DNA of 64,000 nucleotides from Camelus ferus. Taxonomy: Eukaryota. Position numbers and translations under genes: made by a program. This document shows, piece by piece, positions 61,820 through 64,000 of this stretch. The notes under the pieces are model-generated. The model saw nothing but the letters and a program-made list of their open reading frames with translations. It was not told the DNA's origin and ran no database searches. Position 1 is the first letter of the stretch. Every line of letters starts with the position of its first letter. The DNA lies in the NCBI RefSeq assembly GCF_009834535.1, contig NC_045696.1, positions 4,156,001 to 4,220,000 on the forward strand. The letters run 5' to 3'.

Positions 61820-63876
61820 CTGTTTAGAGGGAAAGAGGAAACAAGAAACACGAATCAGGCAGTGTCACAACACCGTTGGGGCTGCAGTGTGCTCAGACTC
61901 TCCAGGGCGCCCTGGGTCACCTGCCTCACCTGTAAGCATCAGAGAACTCCAGGGCTCTGTCCTCCCCTGTCTTCCCTCCCCGGGACCCAGCAGCCCCACG
62001 GCCCTCTGCACCTTCCCCGTGCACTGTCTCCAGTCGAGACCTTTGCTGCCATAGCTGTAACTTTTATGTCTACTTGCCTACTCACCCCTCAACTGGCATC
62101 TCAAAGGTAACATCTGAAAACCTGAACTCTGGAAATCCCCTGCCCCCACCCAGATCTGCTCTCCTCTCAAGGTCCTGTGTCTCAGTAAGTCCATGACTCA
62201 CCCAGTTACTCAGACCCCAGGGCACTGGTCAGTAACTCTTACCCTACCTCAAAGCCCTGGCCAGAGTCTGCAGGGCTTCCTCTGAAACTGAACCTGAATC
62301 TGACCACACCTGCCATCTCCATCACTGCTCCCCTGGTCCTCTTCTCTCAGGAGCTACTGCAGGGGCCCCTAAGTGGCCCCAGGATGCCATCTTTTCAAAG
62401 TGATCATGTCACTTTCTGCCAAAGAGAATTTCCCAAGTAGGCAGCATGACAGAGGTAGGGTGGTTTCCTCAGTAAGAGAGAGAGACCATCACAATCAGAG
62501 AGGATGCAGCATCACCAGAGGAGGAGTCTGACCCGTGCGGGGACCATTTCTGGCACGTTCCATGCAGTGTTCAATACACACAGGGTGTGGCCCTTGAGAT
62601 TCCCCTAGAAGCAGAAGTCTTTGGGGAAATGAGTCAAAACTTAAAGCAATCAGCGGGCAAATCAATTATCATGTCAGGAATAAAAATCTCTGTTTAACAG
62701 CCAAGTGTTCAAAGTTAGGGAGTTAGGAGAACAGAGTGGCTTAAGAAGACAAAATGGCAAATATTTTTTTAAAAAGTTAAAAAAAAAATAAAGTGCAAAA
62801 TAAGTAGGAAAAAGGGACATTCTTGTAATGATTAGTCCTAAAGGGCAAAAGCATCAAGAAAGACTTGGAGGAAAAAGCTGAGATTCTCCAAGCAGCCAAG
62901 AATTCTAGGACTTGCGGCTGGAGGGTGAGGGGTGGTGGTTTTGGGGGGAGCAGCAGGGAGGGGCTGCCCTGTGATGACCGAAGGAGAGGATGCTGTGTAG
63001 GGGGCAAGGTGAGGATGGGCCTGGCAGGGCAGAGCGCTGGGCATCAGGACTGGGAAGCACAAGAACAGTAAATCTGAGCAGAAAAGGCAACCAGGCGTTG
63101 TGCTGCAGAAAAGGTCTGCGATCAAACTGACACACGAAGAAGATGACGGTCATTGCACTTGCCACTCACAGGGAGATGAGCAAGGACCCACTGGGGCGGA
63201 ACCTGGAGTCATTGGTCCCCACTGGACATCAAGAAGCGGCCGTACCCAGGGGCCGGTTCCAGTGGTTAGAACCCTGCACTGACTGGCACATCTGCCTGTC
63301 AACCCCTCTTCAAGACAAGGGCTCATTCTAGTCTTCACTGTATCCTTGGCACCTAGTACGTGCTGGGCGCACAGTAGGGCCTCAGTAAACATATGCTAGA
63401 TTGATGAATGATGCCAAGCTTGGTCGGTGTGATGAAACAGACAACTGCTCCTGAGGGTCAACATCAACCAGGGTAAGGTGGCAGATGTACTCAGCTGCCG
63501 CCGAAACATGTGCACTTCGGGCTCTGTAAGCAGGGACCAGGTACGTGTGCGCACACACAGACACCACCTCTGAGTGAACAAATTTCATAATAAAACCCCC
63601 CAAATTGCCAAATACAACGCAACCAATGACACTGATGCAAACACCATGCAAACTGTTTGTATCTTTCCCCCGTCCTCTGTGTGTCCTCGCTGACTTCCAA
63701 TAAAAATTCCAGACTGCAAATTCTGCACCACGACGGGAAAGCTTCAGTGTTGCTGGTTCTCAGAATAAAAATGCCTGCCTTAAAACCAAAATAGCACAAA
63801 GAGACAAAGCCGTGGTACTGAGACTGAAACTATGTTACGTTTTTAGGATTATGTGGAAAAAAACCCCAGAATCTGC

Positions 63877-63905
63877 CTGGGGGCTGGGGCTGGGGCTGGG
63901 GGCTG
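63877..63905 (+). repeat. (GGGGCT)n G-quadruplex-type motif
   Basis: ctgggggctggggctggggctgggggctg: four runs of 4-5 G with 2-nt loops. Confidence 0.85.
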
Positions 63906-64000
63906 CGTTTTTAAACAAGTCAAACAGGATTCAGCCCATGTGTTTTGGGCAAATAGTGCAGGGGCAGAGACACTGTGTCTTTTGTCATGGCTCTTCTGGG

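Noticed and set aside
61820..64000. Preceding BACE2 exon (exon 7)
   Set aside because: No matching peptide seen; it presumably lies beyond the window end.

Overview
Mammalian (eutherian) genomic DNA, very probably camelid: it carries Vic-1-type tRNA-derived SINEs and recurring cetartiodactyl-type L1 3' ends. The only protein-coding sequence I can firmly identify is the 3' end of BACE2 on the minus strand. This comprises the penultimate coding exon (61651-61819), a ~16 kb intron, the last coding exon (45415-45668; lumenal linker, TM helix, cytoplasmic tail) and a 3' UTR with candidate poly(A) sites out to ~38.8 kb. The remaining ~38 kb is non-coding and repeat-rich (L1, ERV/MaLR LTRs, hAT/Tigger DNA transposons, MIR/L2, VNTRs). 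It includes a CpG island at ~7.3-8.3 kb that by synteny (BACE2-FAM3B-MX2-MX1) is probably the FAM3B promoter/first exon, although I could not match FAM3B coding sequence. Almost all ORFs in the supplied track are spurious or retroelement remnants. I found no convincing previously undescribed biological system. The most notable structures are a short L1 insertion with an apparent 3' transduction, a G-run/palindrome minisatellite just upstream of the last BACE2 acceptor, a promoter-motif-rich ~1 kb solo LTR, tandem E-boxes at the CpG island, and a microsatellite-derived minisatellite. Repeat family names are recognised from memory and need RepeatMasker/Dfam confirmation.
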